A DNA stretch of 64,000 nt, taken from positions 1 to 64,000 of the forward strand of contig QPMI01000283.1 in assembly GCA_004431415.1 (NCBI GenBank). The letters run 5' to 3'. Below are positions 35,201-46,076 of the stretch, piece after piece. The DNA comes from Cyanophora paradoxa CCMP329 (Eukaryota; Plantae; Glaucophyta). The position numbers were made by a program, and so were the translations under genes. Each line of letters starts with the position of its first letter. Position 1 is the stretch's first letter. Under the pieces are notes generated by a model. It saw only the letters and a program-made list of their open reading frames with translations, was not told the origin of the DNA and searched no databases.

Positions 35201-36400
35201 CCCTCGGTGGAGACGCGGCGGCGGCGGCGGGACTCGAGGAGGCGGACGGCGCGGCGGAGGAAGGCGTCGGCGCGCCCCGAGCCGATCGCCACGCTCATGT
35301 CGTCCAGGCCCTCGATCACGGGCGGCGGCGCCGGCATCGTCCGCAGCGCCGCCCCGGGCGCCGGGCTCCCCAAGGCCGGGCCCCGCAGGCTCTTCGAGTT
35401 CTTGCTGCGGCGGCCCCACTGCGCCTTCGAGCTCGCCCCCGCCTTGAGCGCCACATCCGTCGCCGAGCGCCGCAGCTGCCGCACCGCCCGTGCGGGGGCC
35501 CCGGTCGCGCTCTCGTGGGGCGGAGCCGGGGCCGCCGGCGCCTCGGGTTCGCCCAGAGGCTCCACGGGCTCCCCTATGAAGAGCATGCGGGAGACGCCGA
35601 TCTGGCGGTGGATGTTGTGCGACGAGAGCTTCGTCTGCCCCAGCAGCAGCCGCACGTAGCGCGTGTTCCGGCCCCCCATCTGCCGCTCCCGCTCGCCCCG
35701 CCCTGCGTGGCGCGGCAGCGGGCGGGGCGGGGCGCACCGGCGTCTTGAATATGACAGTGGAGCCGTCGTAGTTGCTGGGGAGGAGCGTGCCGATGAAGAC
35801 GTAGCGGGAGGCCGAGTACGTGGCGCGCTGCTTGTCCAGCCACGGGTCCGACAGCACCGCCGAGCAGAAGACCTGCAGCTTCTGCTCGCCCGCGCGGTCA
35901 GCCGGCGGCGGCGACCCGGTCCCCCGCTACCGCGCCGCGGCCTGACCTCGGGCGCCCGACTCGCGGGGCAGTGAAGCTCCAGCCACTCCAGCGACACCAC
36001 GCCCTCGAATCTGATCCCAAGCTCTTGCGGTGTCTTGGGATGTCTGCAGCGGGGGCTGAGAGGAAGCGCGCCCAAGAGGGGCAGCGCAGGCACCGCTCCG
36101 AGCGCCAGCCTCGCAAAACCGAGAAGCCGCCGACATTCGCCTCGAGATCTGCGGGCAAGTCAGCTCCGCGCTCGGGTGCAAGGCTGCACAATTAGCTAGC
36201 GCAGCACGGCAGCTGAGCACAGCAACAGCTTAGCGGGCAGCTATTCGAGTGAGCGGGGAACGTGTGCAAGAACAGCTAAGCGGGCAGCTATCTAGTGAGA
36301 GCGGGTGACAGCAGATCTAGACCGGACCTTTGGCTCGGAAGGCAAGGTCCTCCGAGGACGCGTATATTGCATGAAAGGCGAGCTCTTCCCGCTCCACCAT
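32293..36400 (-). CDS. Protein with CEP104-N-like jelly-roll domain, coiled coil, long disordered region and IQ motif
   Basis: The spliced N-terminus MVEREELAFHAIYASSEDLAFRAK...GWRSE..CRHPKTPQELGIRF...RYVRLLLGQTKLSSHNIHRQIGVSRMLFIGEP matches the pattern of the CEP104 N-terminal domain. The IQ motif AATRIQAVFRAWRAR is at about 32655-32700. The C-terminal end is uncertain. Confidence 0.6.
36224..36291. repeat. 21-bp imperfect direct repeat AACAGCT(T/A)AGCGGGCAGCTAT in first intron of the CEP104-N-like gene
   Basis: Copies are at 36224-36244 and 36271-36291, with one mismatch. Confidence 0.7.
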
Positions 36401-36568
36401 CGATCGTCACTGCGGCAGCTGGGTGGCCAAAGCGGTCCACCAGATTTACGGTAGCCCCGGACCGTCGAAGAGCGTCGGACTAGCGAAGCATGGAGCGATG
36501 CGACGCGCCGTGGGACCGTCGTAGATAAGCCTGTGAACTCTCTGGGAGCGTCTTAGCTACGCCTGCGA
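36401..36568. promoter_or_regulatory. Putative bidirectional promoter CEP104-N-like / methyltransferase
   Basis: A 168-bp spacer lies between divergent ATGs. Confidence 0.5.
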
Positions 36569-37426
36569 ATGGCCGAGGAAGACGACTTGGACGGCATCGA
36601 CCCGGACGATCCCCTGCACGCCTCGACGCCGGCTGCAGGCAAGAAGAAACACATCGGACACGGTGAGGACCCGTTGTGCGGGCCGCCCTTCGCGCCCTCC
36701 GCTTCCGGACCGCGCTATATGCGCGCTGTGTCACATCGGGGCGCTGAGGCGACCGTATATGCATGCTGGACCCGCTACGCTGGCCGTCCTTCGCGCCCTA
36801 AGCTCACGCGCTGCGCAGACTGGGGTGCAGGCTATGTGGCTCCCTGGTGGGCCACATCGGTAAGCGTCGTTGCAGCCGTGAACGACGAGCTGCGACTGGT
36901 GGCCGAAGACGTTGTCGTCGATCTCGGATCTGGTGACGGGCGTGTCGTGATACAGGCCGCCCGCGCGGCCGGTTGTCGCGCAGAGGGGATCGAGCTCGAC
37001 GCCGGTCTCGTCGGTCGGGCGAGAGCGGAGGCTGTCGCGGCCGGAGTGGACCATCTAGTTGCCTTCAGACAACTGGACTTCATGTCGGACGACTTCTCCA
37101 TGTCGGACTACACCGTGATCTTCGTATACCTGCTCCCCGAGACGCTGCGCAAGCTGGCCCCACGCTTCCGCTCCCTTCTGGAGAGCCCGAGTCGCTTGCG
37201 AGCCGTCGTCTCGAGCAGGTGGCCCATTGGCGGCCTGGAGGACTTCCTCTCCCCATGCCGCGCGTGTTCGGAGGAGGCAGCGCCGGTGCAGCTGCAGCTG
37301 CCACAAAGCAGCCCCACACCGCGGCGCAGCTGCGAGCAGTTACGGCAGCGAATGGAGGCGCTCGAGAGGGCGTGGGGCGCGAAAGGCTTCTACCTGTACC
37401 AGTGCCCCGTCAATTTGAGGCCTTGA
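36569..37426 (+). CDS. Class I SAM-dependent methyltransferase (FAM173/ATPSCKMT-like)
   Basis: Motifs are YVAPWWAT, VVVDLGSGDGRVVI, GIELD and TVIFVYLLP. A probable in-frame GT-AG intron spans 36663-36818. Confidence 0.85.
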   Translation: MAEEDDLDGIDPDDPLHASTPAAGKKKHIGHGEDPLCGPPFAPSASGPRYMRAVSHRGAEATVYACWTRYAGRPSRPKLTRCADWGAGYVAPWWATSVSVVAAVNDELRLVAEDVVVDLGSGDGRVVIQAARAAGCRAEGIELDAGLVGRARAEAVAAGVDHLVAFRQLDFMSDDFSMSDYTVIFVYLLPETLRKLAPRFRSLLESPSRLRAVVSSRWPIGGLEDFLSPCRACSEEAAPVQLQLPQSSPTPRRSCEQLRQRMEALERAWGAKGFYLYQCPVNLRP

Positions 37427-38007
37427 TCGTGAATTGCCACCCTGCATGCGCTGCTGCATGCACGGGCCAGGGCTAGCGCGCGCTGCAGCTGGGGCTGCGC
37501 GCGCGTGCACAGTGCATGCACGCAGGTGCGTATGCGCATGCACGTGGCTGGCGCCCGCTCTCCGAGGTGTGACTGCAGCTCAGCGGCTGGCCGGCTGCCC
37601 GCATGCTGCGCGCGGCAGTCCGGCGCCGGCGCGGTCCCTCGAGTTCCGCCGGGACGACGATCGATATCGATATCCTGTGATGGATATCATAGTATGCAAT
37701 CCTGTGATGGCTTAAGCTTAGCGCGCCCACGCGAATTTGATCTGCACGCATGAGCCCCCGTGCTCGGCTCCCGGATGCTCCAATTTTGAGCGCTCCGCCG
37801 AAAACGGTCTTGCGGCGCGCCCGAGCGCATCTTTGGTTCTCTAAGAGCGCTCTCCCAGCGTTTTCGGCGGTTTAGCAGTGTCGCGCAACCGGCGGGCAAC
37901 GGTCCCAAATCAGCGGAGAGCGGGCGGGCGCAGGCGGGTCGAACCGCATTGATCCTGTAAAGGCGAGTAGCCGTTGCATCTGCAGTGGAGTCCGCGCAGA
38001 GCTTCCC

Positions 38008-40010
38008 ATGCGTCCGTACACAAGCCCCGATTTCGAGGCTATCGTGAGCGAGAGCAGGCGTCGCAGCGAAGCGAAGACAGCGGTTGCGAACTTGGGTTTC
38101 GGCGGCTCAGTCGCAGCTGCGCTCCTCCTGTTCGGTGGCGTCGCAATCGCTGCTGCGGGTCTCGGTCTGTGGGCCGTCGCATCGACCTTCAAGCTCTGGG
38201 TCTCGCTTGGGGTAGTTGTGCTCGTCTACCGCCTCGTGACCCGTGCAAGCCAGCCCATCAGCGCGCCCTTGAGCATCACGAAGGAGGCTGTCAAGCTCTT
38301 CGGCATCCCTTCGACGACACCAAAGGTGCGCGGTCCACACGTCCACGCGCGCAACCGGCCCCCTCACGCGCAGCGACAGGACAAGATCGGGAGCCCGGCG
38401 CCCGCGCAGACGACGGGCCCGATCTCCCCGGCGGTGCGCTCCAAGCTGGCGGGCCCGAAGACCTCGACCCCGACGGTGCCGAAGTCGGCGCCGGCGACGC
38501 CGATGACGCCCGCCCAGCGCCGCACGTCCTCCCCGGGGCGCCGCTCAGCCCCGCGCGACCGGATCAACGACGAGTCGGCGTTGAGCCGCTTCCTGGGCTC
38601 CATCGCGTGGAGGTCGCCATCCACGCCGGCCGCCGCCGCCGCCGCCGCCGCCGCATCGCCGCTCTCCGGCGCGGCGCGGCCCCTGGGCTCCCCCGCGTAC
38701 GGCTACGCCGGCAGCCCGCTGGGCTCGCCGCACGCCGGCTCCTCGGTGTACCGCGCGGCGCCGCCAGCGTCGCCGTCGCCGGCGGGGAAGGCGTGGGCGG
38801 CGAGCGGTGAGGGGGAGAAGGCGGCGTCGCTGGTGGAGAAGGGCGGCCTGGAGGAGCTGGGGATCGGGTCGGAGGCGGTGGACCGCCTGCGGCACTTCCT
38901 CTGCGCCCGCATCATCAAGCTCTTCGTCCAGACCTACGACGCCAACGCCGCCGCCCTCCAGCGCGCCGCCGCCGCCGCCCCGGCGGCCCCGGCCCCGTTC
39001 TCCGCCGCCAACCCCTTCGGCGCCGGCTTCGCGACGCCGGCCCCGCGGCCGACGCCGGCCATCGCCGGCCCCGGCGCTTCGGCCATCCTCGCTGCCGCCC
39101 AGGCGAGCGCCCCGGCTCCGGCTCCGGCGGCGGCGGCGGCGAAGGCGGGGTGCACGGCGGGGGAGTACCTGGCGCGGTACCCCGCGGACCCCGTCGTGCA
39201 GGAGCACGCCCGCCTCCAGCGCTACCTCACCGTCCGCCCCGCCCCCGCCCGCCCCGACCCCCCGCCACCCCGGGGCGAGTCTCTCGCGCAGGTGCCCGGG
39301 CGGGCGCCGCAGCCGGAGTACGTGCTCCACCGCCTCCGCGAGTTCGCGCAGGACTCCTCCTCCTGCCTCTACAGGCCCGCCCCCGCCGCCCCCGCCGCCC
39401 CCGACGCCGCTCACGCCGGGGGCGCGCAGCTACCGGTGGAGCAGCGGGACGATGTGGAAGAGCCGCATGTGGTCCCCCGAGCTCCCCACGGGTGCGACCG
39501 CGCCGCGCTCCGCCCGGGTGCGCGGGGGCGGGGGCGACGGGGGCGGGCAGACGCGGAGGTGCTGCTGGCGGTGCTCTGCGCCGCCCTCGACCTCAGCTAC
39601 GAGGGCCGCGGCCTCCCAGTCCGCCCCCCGGCCCCGCCCCTGCCCCTGCCCCCCGCCCCTCACCGCCCCCAGGCCGGCGACGCGAACTTCTCCGCCCGGC
39701 ACGTCGCCTGGGCGGGCGAGGACCCCGCCAAGAAGCGCTCCCCCATCGTCCTCACCATGGTCCGCGCGCGCGCCCGCGCCCCCGCCCCTCCGCGCTGCGC
39801 GAGCGCGTGCGAGGGGGCGGGCAGACGACGGCGCACCCGCCGCACTTCCGGGTGGTGGCGTACCAGGAGGTGTACAACCCGGACGCGGGGCGGGCCAACT
39901 TCTTCGAGGCCTTCCTCATCCTCCTGCACCTCCTCAAGAGCAAGTTCCCCGCCCAGCTCGGGCCCCTCGCCGCCGTCGACCAGTCCCTCGGCCTCCTCAA
40001 CGTCCTCTAA
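38008..40010 (+). CDS. TMEM209: TMEM209 (CytochromB561_N family) nuclear envelope protein
   Basis: Two N-terminal TM segments precede an SP/TP-rich linker. Recognised segments are YVLHRLREFA, YRWSSGTMWKSRMWSPELPTDAEVL, PPHFRV and GRANFFEAFLILLHLLK. TAA is at 40008-40010. Confidence 0.88.
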
Positions 40011-40141
40011 ACCCCCGCCCCGCCCCGCCCCATCCTCGTCCCGCCCCGCCCCGCCTCCGCCCCGCCCCGCCCTTCCCGTGCCGGTGAAAAGCAAAGCAGC
40101 CTCTTCGAAGAGCGAGGGGCGGGGCGCGGGGCCGGCGAGGG

Positions 40142-41545
40142 TCACCGGGCCGACTCGTAGTGCTGCTCGATGTAGCGGCGCACCTCCTCGGGCTTCCCCT
40201 GCGAGGCGCGTCGGCGGGGGCCCCGGGGCGGGGCGGGGCGGGGCGGACGGCGACGGCGATTTTGCCCTTCTCGAGGAGGATGGCGCCGTCGCAGTTCTCG
40301 AGCTCCTCGAAGTAGTGGGTGATCCAGAGGGCGGCGATGCCGGTCTGCTGGGCGATGCGGCGGACGTGCTGGGCGAGGCTGCGGCGCTGCGGCGGGTCCA
40401 GGAAGGCCGTCGGCTCGTCCAGCAGCAGCGTGTTGCACTTCCGCGCCACCGCCCCCGCGATCGCCACCCGCTGCTTCTGCCCGCCACTGCCCGCAGCGTC
40501 ATCGCCGGGGCGGGGCGGGGCGGGGCGCGGGGGCGGCGGGGCGGGCCTGAGGGTGTAGACGGGGCGGCTCTCGAACTCGGGGAGGCCGACGAGGTCGAGG
40601 GCCTCCCGCACGATCGTCTTCACCTGCCGCCCGCATCGGGCCGGGCGCGCGGCGGCGGCAGCGGCGGCGGCGCGGACCTCGGCGGTGTCGTAGCCGGCGT
40701 TGCCAAGCCCGAAGGCGACGTCCGAGCCGACCGTCGGCATGAAGACCTGCCGCCCGCCCCCTCGCGCCGGCCCCCCACTGCCCCGCCCCGCGCCCGCGCG
40801 CGGCGCCGCACCTGGTGGTCGGGGTTCTGGTGCACGAAGCCGACGGGCGCGCGGATGCGGATCGAGCCACGGTCCGGGCGGACGAGGCCGAGGAGCAGCT
40901 GGAGCATCGTCGACTTCCCGCTACCGTTGGCGCCCAGCAGCATCCAGACCTTCGCGGGCGGCGCTCGTCGGATCGCAGGCCGAGCTTCGAGGGCGGCAGC
41001 GCCGCCGCGCACCTGGCCACGCGGGATCTCGAGGGAGGTGCCCTGAAGGACGAAGCGGAGAGGCTGGCCGTCGGGGCCTACAGTCGCCTCCGACACAGCC
41101 TTGTCGGCCACCTGCTTGCGGTTCATGGTCGAGGCGCTGGCCGCCTTGAGCATCTGCGCGTGCCGCTCCCAGCTGAACCACACGTTCGACACGGAGATAG
41201 CTGCCTCGTTCGACTGGCTGCCGCTCGCGGATGCCTCATCGATGACCGCCTGGCGCCCCAGGAGCACGCGGTCGGCGCCCAGCGCGCCGCAACTCGGCCG
41301 GCTACCCGCACCTGGCCATCCTCGCACACGGGACCCTGCCACCTGACACGACGATGTTGGCGCACAGCAGTGCTCTGGAAGGACGTCGCGACCGGAGCCG
41401 CGCCCCAGAAGGTCGACTGGAAGGTGCGGGAGAGGCGATCCGCGGCAGCGGCGTCGGGGCGACGGCACACTGACGAGCTAGCACGCGCTGGTGCCCGGGC
41501 GGACGCCGGGGCAGCCGTAAGCCCGACAGCGAACGCGGCCGACAT
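40142..41545 (-). CDS. ABCI10: Plastid-targeted ECF/CbiO-type ABC ATPase (ABCI10-like)
   Basis: The transit peptide begins MSAAFAVGLTAAPAS. Walker A is LGANGSGKST, followed by GFVHQNPDHQVFMPTVGSDVAFGL, the signature LSGGQKQRVAIAG, Walker B LLLDEPTAFLD and the switch WITH. Confidence 0.88.
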
Positions 41546-41776
41546 CCTTGCGTTTCGGGGGGTAGGGCCTCAGTTCGAGCCCCACGCGGCGCCCCTCTCC
41601 GGTGCGCTGGCAGCGGAATACAGCTCTTTGTCCGTTCGGAAGCACTCGATCATGCGCTCATGCCTCTCGCAGGGGCCTTCTAGGCTGGGCGAGCCGCCCT
41701 TCACTGCTTCCGTCGCTGCCACGCACGACACCGACCTACACCTCCGACTACATCACATCAACTGATGACTACCAAC
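41546..41776. promoter_or_regulatory. Putative bidirectional promoter ABCI10-like / LARP6-like
   Basis: A spacer of about 230 bp lies between divergent starts; the LARP start is uncertain. Confidence 0.45.
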
Positions 41777-43583
41777 ATGTCGGAGCCCGTGCGGACTCAG
41801 GCACAGACCGGAAATTCGAAGCGTGAAGGCAGGTCTGACAGGATGAGACCTGAGGTTCGCGCGTTTGGCTGTTTGCAGCAATAGCGGGGTGGTATGCGTC
41901 TGGCTGTGTGGCATAGCGCACCTGCGCAAGATGCGCGGCCGCGCCTCTCACCAACGCTCCATCGGACGGCACCTCGCCTAAGCGCAGTTGCTAGGCGCAA
42001 ATCACTTTAATTGCGCGGACAATTTCTCTAGCGCCTGGCCGCTCAGCGCGGCTTTCCGCTCACACAACCGCCGCGCATTCAGGCCAAGCCCTTCCAACCG
42101 CGGGGGTCCCCGCTGCCGCCCCCGGAGCCTCTCTCTCCCGAGCAGCTCGACTCCCTCTGCCGGCAGGCAAGTGCAGGATGTGTAGGGGGCGGGCCCCTCG
42201 CCCACTCCCCGGGCGCGCTGGGGTTTCGTGCCTCCGCATCTCGAGCATGCGCCCCTCGCCTGACTCGCGCGAATCAAGGTCGCCTACTACTTCTCGGACG
42301 CCAACCTCACTTGCGACCAGTTCATGCAGAAGCAGCTCGCCAGAAACCCGGATGGATGTGCGTTCCGCCCAGCTGACGGCGTGCGGGGCAAGGCTCCGGC
42401 AGCCATCTGACTGCCGTGCGCCTCGGCAGACGTCCCCCTCTCGGTGCTGATGACGTTCAACCGGGTCAAGGCGATGATCCCGTCCCTGGACATGACCATC
42501 CTCCGCGACGCCCTGCTGCACAGCACCGCGCTCGTGGTCCGGCCCCGCCCCCGCCCCCGCCGCGCTTCGCTGCTGGGGAGCCCCCTCGCCCCCCTGCGGC
42601 TGGGCGCCCGCCCCCGCGACCGGGCGCCCGCCCGCTGCGGCTGACGGGCATGGGCAGATGAACGAGGAGGGGACGGCGGTGCGGCGGCTGCGGCCGTGGC
42701 AGGGAAAGGACCACATCCAGCGGACGATCTACGTGGAGAACCTGCCGCTGGGCACCACCAACGACGCCCTCGTGAACGCCTTCTCCCGCTGGGGTCCCGT
42801 CGAGAGGTCCCCGCCCCCGCGCCCCGCGCGCCCCGCCCCGCCCTGCGCGCGCCGTGCCGACGGGGAGGCGGGGGCAGCGTGAACATGAACGTCAAAGGCC
42901 AGTTCTGCTTCGTGATGTACGACGAGGAGGCCTCGGCGGCCGCCTGCCTCGACGGCTGGGCCGCCGCCCCCGCCATCGACGCCGTCTCCATCCTCTCCAA
43001 GGCCGGTGCGCCCGCCGCCCTCCCCCCGGCCCTCGGCCCCGCCCCCTGCCCCGCGCGGGGGCCGACGGGGCGGCAGAGTGGTACAAGCGGAAGAAGGAGC
43101 GGCAGGCGCGGGGCGAGTACCCGCCGCCCGTGTCGGCGCAGGAGGCCTACGCGGAGGCGGGGGCGCAGAAGAAGCGCCAGCCGCGCCGCAGCGGCCCCAG
43201 GGACGCCGCCGCCGAGGGCGCGGGGACCCCCACGCGGGGCTCCCCGGCGCCCCCGGCGGACGCCGCCAACTCCCCCGCCCCGAGGGCGGGAGGGCGACGC
43301 CGGCGAGCCCGGCGAGGACAAGCCGCGCCGCAAGAAGGTCCGCCCCGCCCCGCCCGGGGCGCCCGGCGCGTCGCCCCCGGCGCTGAGGGCGGGGCGGGCG
43401 CAGGTGAGCGTCAACGCGACGCGGCCGTCGGGGGAGAAGGCGTCGAGCCACCCCGGCGGCGTCAAGATGCCGAACGGGCCCGACGGCTCCAAGGGCTTCG
43501 CCTTCCCCCGCCCCGCCGCCCTCCGCGCCCTCGGCCTCCAGGGCCCCGCCGACGCCCCCGCCCCGGAGGCCCCCGCCCAGTAG
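41777..43583 (+). CDS. LARP6: La-related protein with La motif, RRM and SUZ-C/LSA tail (LARP6-like)
   Basis: The La motif is LCRQVAYYFSDANLTCDQFM...YVPLSVLMTFNRVKAM. The RRM has RTIYVENLP and GQFCFVMY. The C-terminus includes KMPNGPDGSKGF. The start codon and first exons are uncertain. Confidence 0.8.
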
Positions 43584-43793
43584 CCCGCCGGCCGGCGCGC
43601 CTACTGTACCCACGACACTCTACAATGCAAACCGCGCGCAATGCGCTAGCCCGCCCCGCCCCGCAGCCGGCACCCTCGCACCAGACTGCGCGAACGCGAA
43701 GTTCTAGAAAATAGGCTGTCGATAGAAGAGAGCAGGGGCGGGGCGCGTGGGGCCCCTCCCCTCGGGGCCGCCGGCCGGCGGGTGGGCGGGGCT

Positions 43794-45558
43794 TCACTTC
43801 TTCTTGGCGGCGTTGCCCTTGCCGGCGCCCTTCGCCTTCTTCGCGTCCTTCTTCGCCGGCTCCTCGCCCTGCGCGGGAGATCGCGGGGGCGGGCGGGGCG
43901 AGGAGCGCGGGATGGGCGGGCCTCCTTGCGCTTGACGCTGGTGACGGTGGTGGGCCCGAAGAACGACTCGAGGCGCTTCTGCGAGGACTTGCCTGCGCCG
44001 GGGGTCAGGGGGGCGGGGCGCGTGTAGGGGCGGGGCGGGGCGGGGCGGGCCCTTGCTCTTCTTGATCTTCTCGATGCCGCCGCGGATGCGCTTCTCGTCG
44101 AAGCCCTTCTCCCCGCACAGGAACGCCACGATCCCCTCCTCGTCGCACTCGCCCCACTTCAGCTGCGCGCCCCCGGGCTCGCCGCCCGCCCGCCCGCGGG
44201 GACTGGCGGGCCGGGGCGCGGACCTCGATCTCCTCGGCGGGGGTCACCTCGGGCTGCTTGAAGAACTCGCGCGCCTCGGCGAACTTCCAGTCCTCGGGGA
44301 TCTCGTGCTTCCCGCCCTTCGCCTCCAGGTGCTTGATCACCCCCTCGATCGTGTGGTGCTCCGTGATCAGCTTCAAGGCGTTCACGGGGCCCACGCCTGC
44401 GCGCCGCGTCGGCCCGGGCCGCCTCGGCGGGGGCGGGGCGGGGCGGGCCCTTGATGGTGGCGCAGTAGTCGCAGCCAAGGAGGATGCAGAGGTCGATGAA
44501 CTGCGCGCCGCGCGTGAGGCGCCGGTGGGGCCGGGGCCGGGCGGGGCGGCGGGGCGGGACCTCGTCCATGGTGAGCTTGAGGCCGGCGAGGACGGCGGAG
44601 AGGCTGAACTCGGCGATCGACTGCTTTTGCGCCTCGCTCGCCGTCAGGTGCCGCACCACCGTCGGCGTCCCGAACGTCAGCGAGTCCATGTCCTCCGTCC
44701 CCGTCCCGTCCACCTGCCCCGCCCCGTCGCGCCCCGCCCGCCGAACCCGCCCCCACGCCCGCGCACCTTGCCCTTCTTCGTCAGCTCCGCGCACTGCGCC
44801 TCCGCCTCGCAGGGCGCCTGCCGGTCGGGTCGCGCCGGCGCCGGGGGGGAGGGGCGGGGCCGGCGGGCCTGGACGACGGGGATGCCCATGAGGGTGAGGA
44901 GCTTCTTCATGTCCTCGTTGTGCTCCTTCGTCACCCGCACCGTCCGCTTCTCGAACTTCTGCAGGTCCTCCGCCGTCCCTGCCGCCCCCGCGTCAAGACG
45001 GGCGCGACCAGCAGCGCGGGAGAGCGGGCACGGCCGCACCGCCCTCCTTCTGCTCCTCCACGCGCGCCTGGGCCTCTGCAAGCCGCTCCTTGCGCTTCGC
45101 GAGCTGCGGGCGAGGTTGGAGAGCGCGCAGGGACGGCGTGGCGCCGCTCGAAACACCGACCTCGCCGGACTTGAGCGTCGGCGCCTTCCCGTCGAACACG
45201 AAGACAGGTTTGATCCCTGCCTCCAGGATGCGGATCGTGCGATACCACGTCCCCGACAGGTGGCTGCCGCGCACTGTCAGTGGGGCGCGAGGCGCGTGGA
45301 GCGAGTGGAGGGAGGCACGCGCCTCGTAACGTCGCCGGCCTCCGACTTGAGCATTTCGCCGCCGTGCCGCACGCCGATCTGTATGTGGAGGTGAGCGGCG
45401 GCGACTACGCATGCGGGCGCGGGGCGCACGAGGAACTGGTAGAGACTCATGCTGGCGTCGATTGCGATGCGCTTGCCGAAGTATGACTCGATCGAGCGCT
45501 CCTTGATTGCATTCTGTGCGTTGTCGCCGATGAGCTTCGTGAGGTTCTTGATTCCCAT
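43794..45558 (-). CDS. FEN1: Flap endonuclease 1
   Basis: Motifs are [56 protein letters not shown] and [10 protein letters not shown]. The PIP box QKRLESFF and a Lys-rich tail are present. There are 11 introns, 5 of them GC-AG. Confidence 0.97.
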
Positions 45559-46076
45559 CGCAGCGGGTTTAAATGTCCAGCGGTGGCAACAGCCTGAGTG
45601 CAAACTGCAGAGGCGCTCTGTTTGTGGTGCTCCGGTGCAGCGCTACTGCTCCTGGGTTTTGGCGGTCTTTTTCAAATTCGGACTTTCGGGGCAGCCAGTT
45701 TCGGGCAGCAGCAGCGGTTTCGGGGAAGCGGTCTTGAGATTTGCAGCTAGCGCTGCGCGCCGCGCACATGTACATGCGCATGCGCGCCTCGATGTCGCAT
45801 CGAAGTGAAGGCTTCGATATCGATTTCGACGCGCTCGCGCTCGCCCGGCCAGGTCCAGCGCAGCGGCAAGCCCGGCGCGGCCACGGGGCCGCCGCGCGCG
45901 CGAGCGGCCCGGCCGTACGCGTACGGCCGCGGTTCGTAAACGCGGTAGCGTTTGCATGAATTGATGAAAAAATAATGAACATGCATAATCTAGAGCGTAA
46001 TCTGTACAAGTACATCACAGCACCAAATTAAAAAAGCAAAAAGGAGATCTAAACTAGAGGCCTATAGCTAGGCCGT

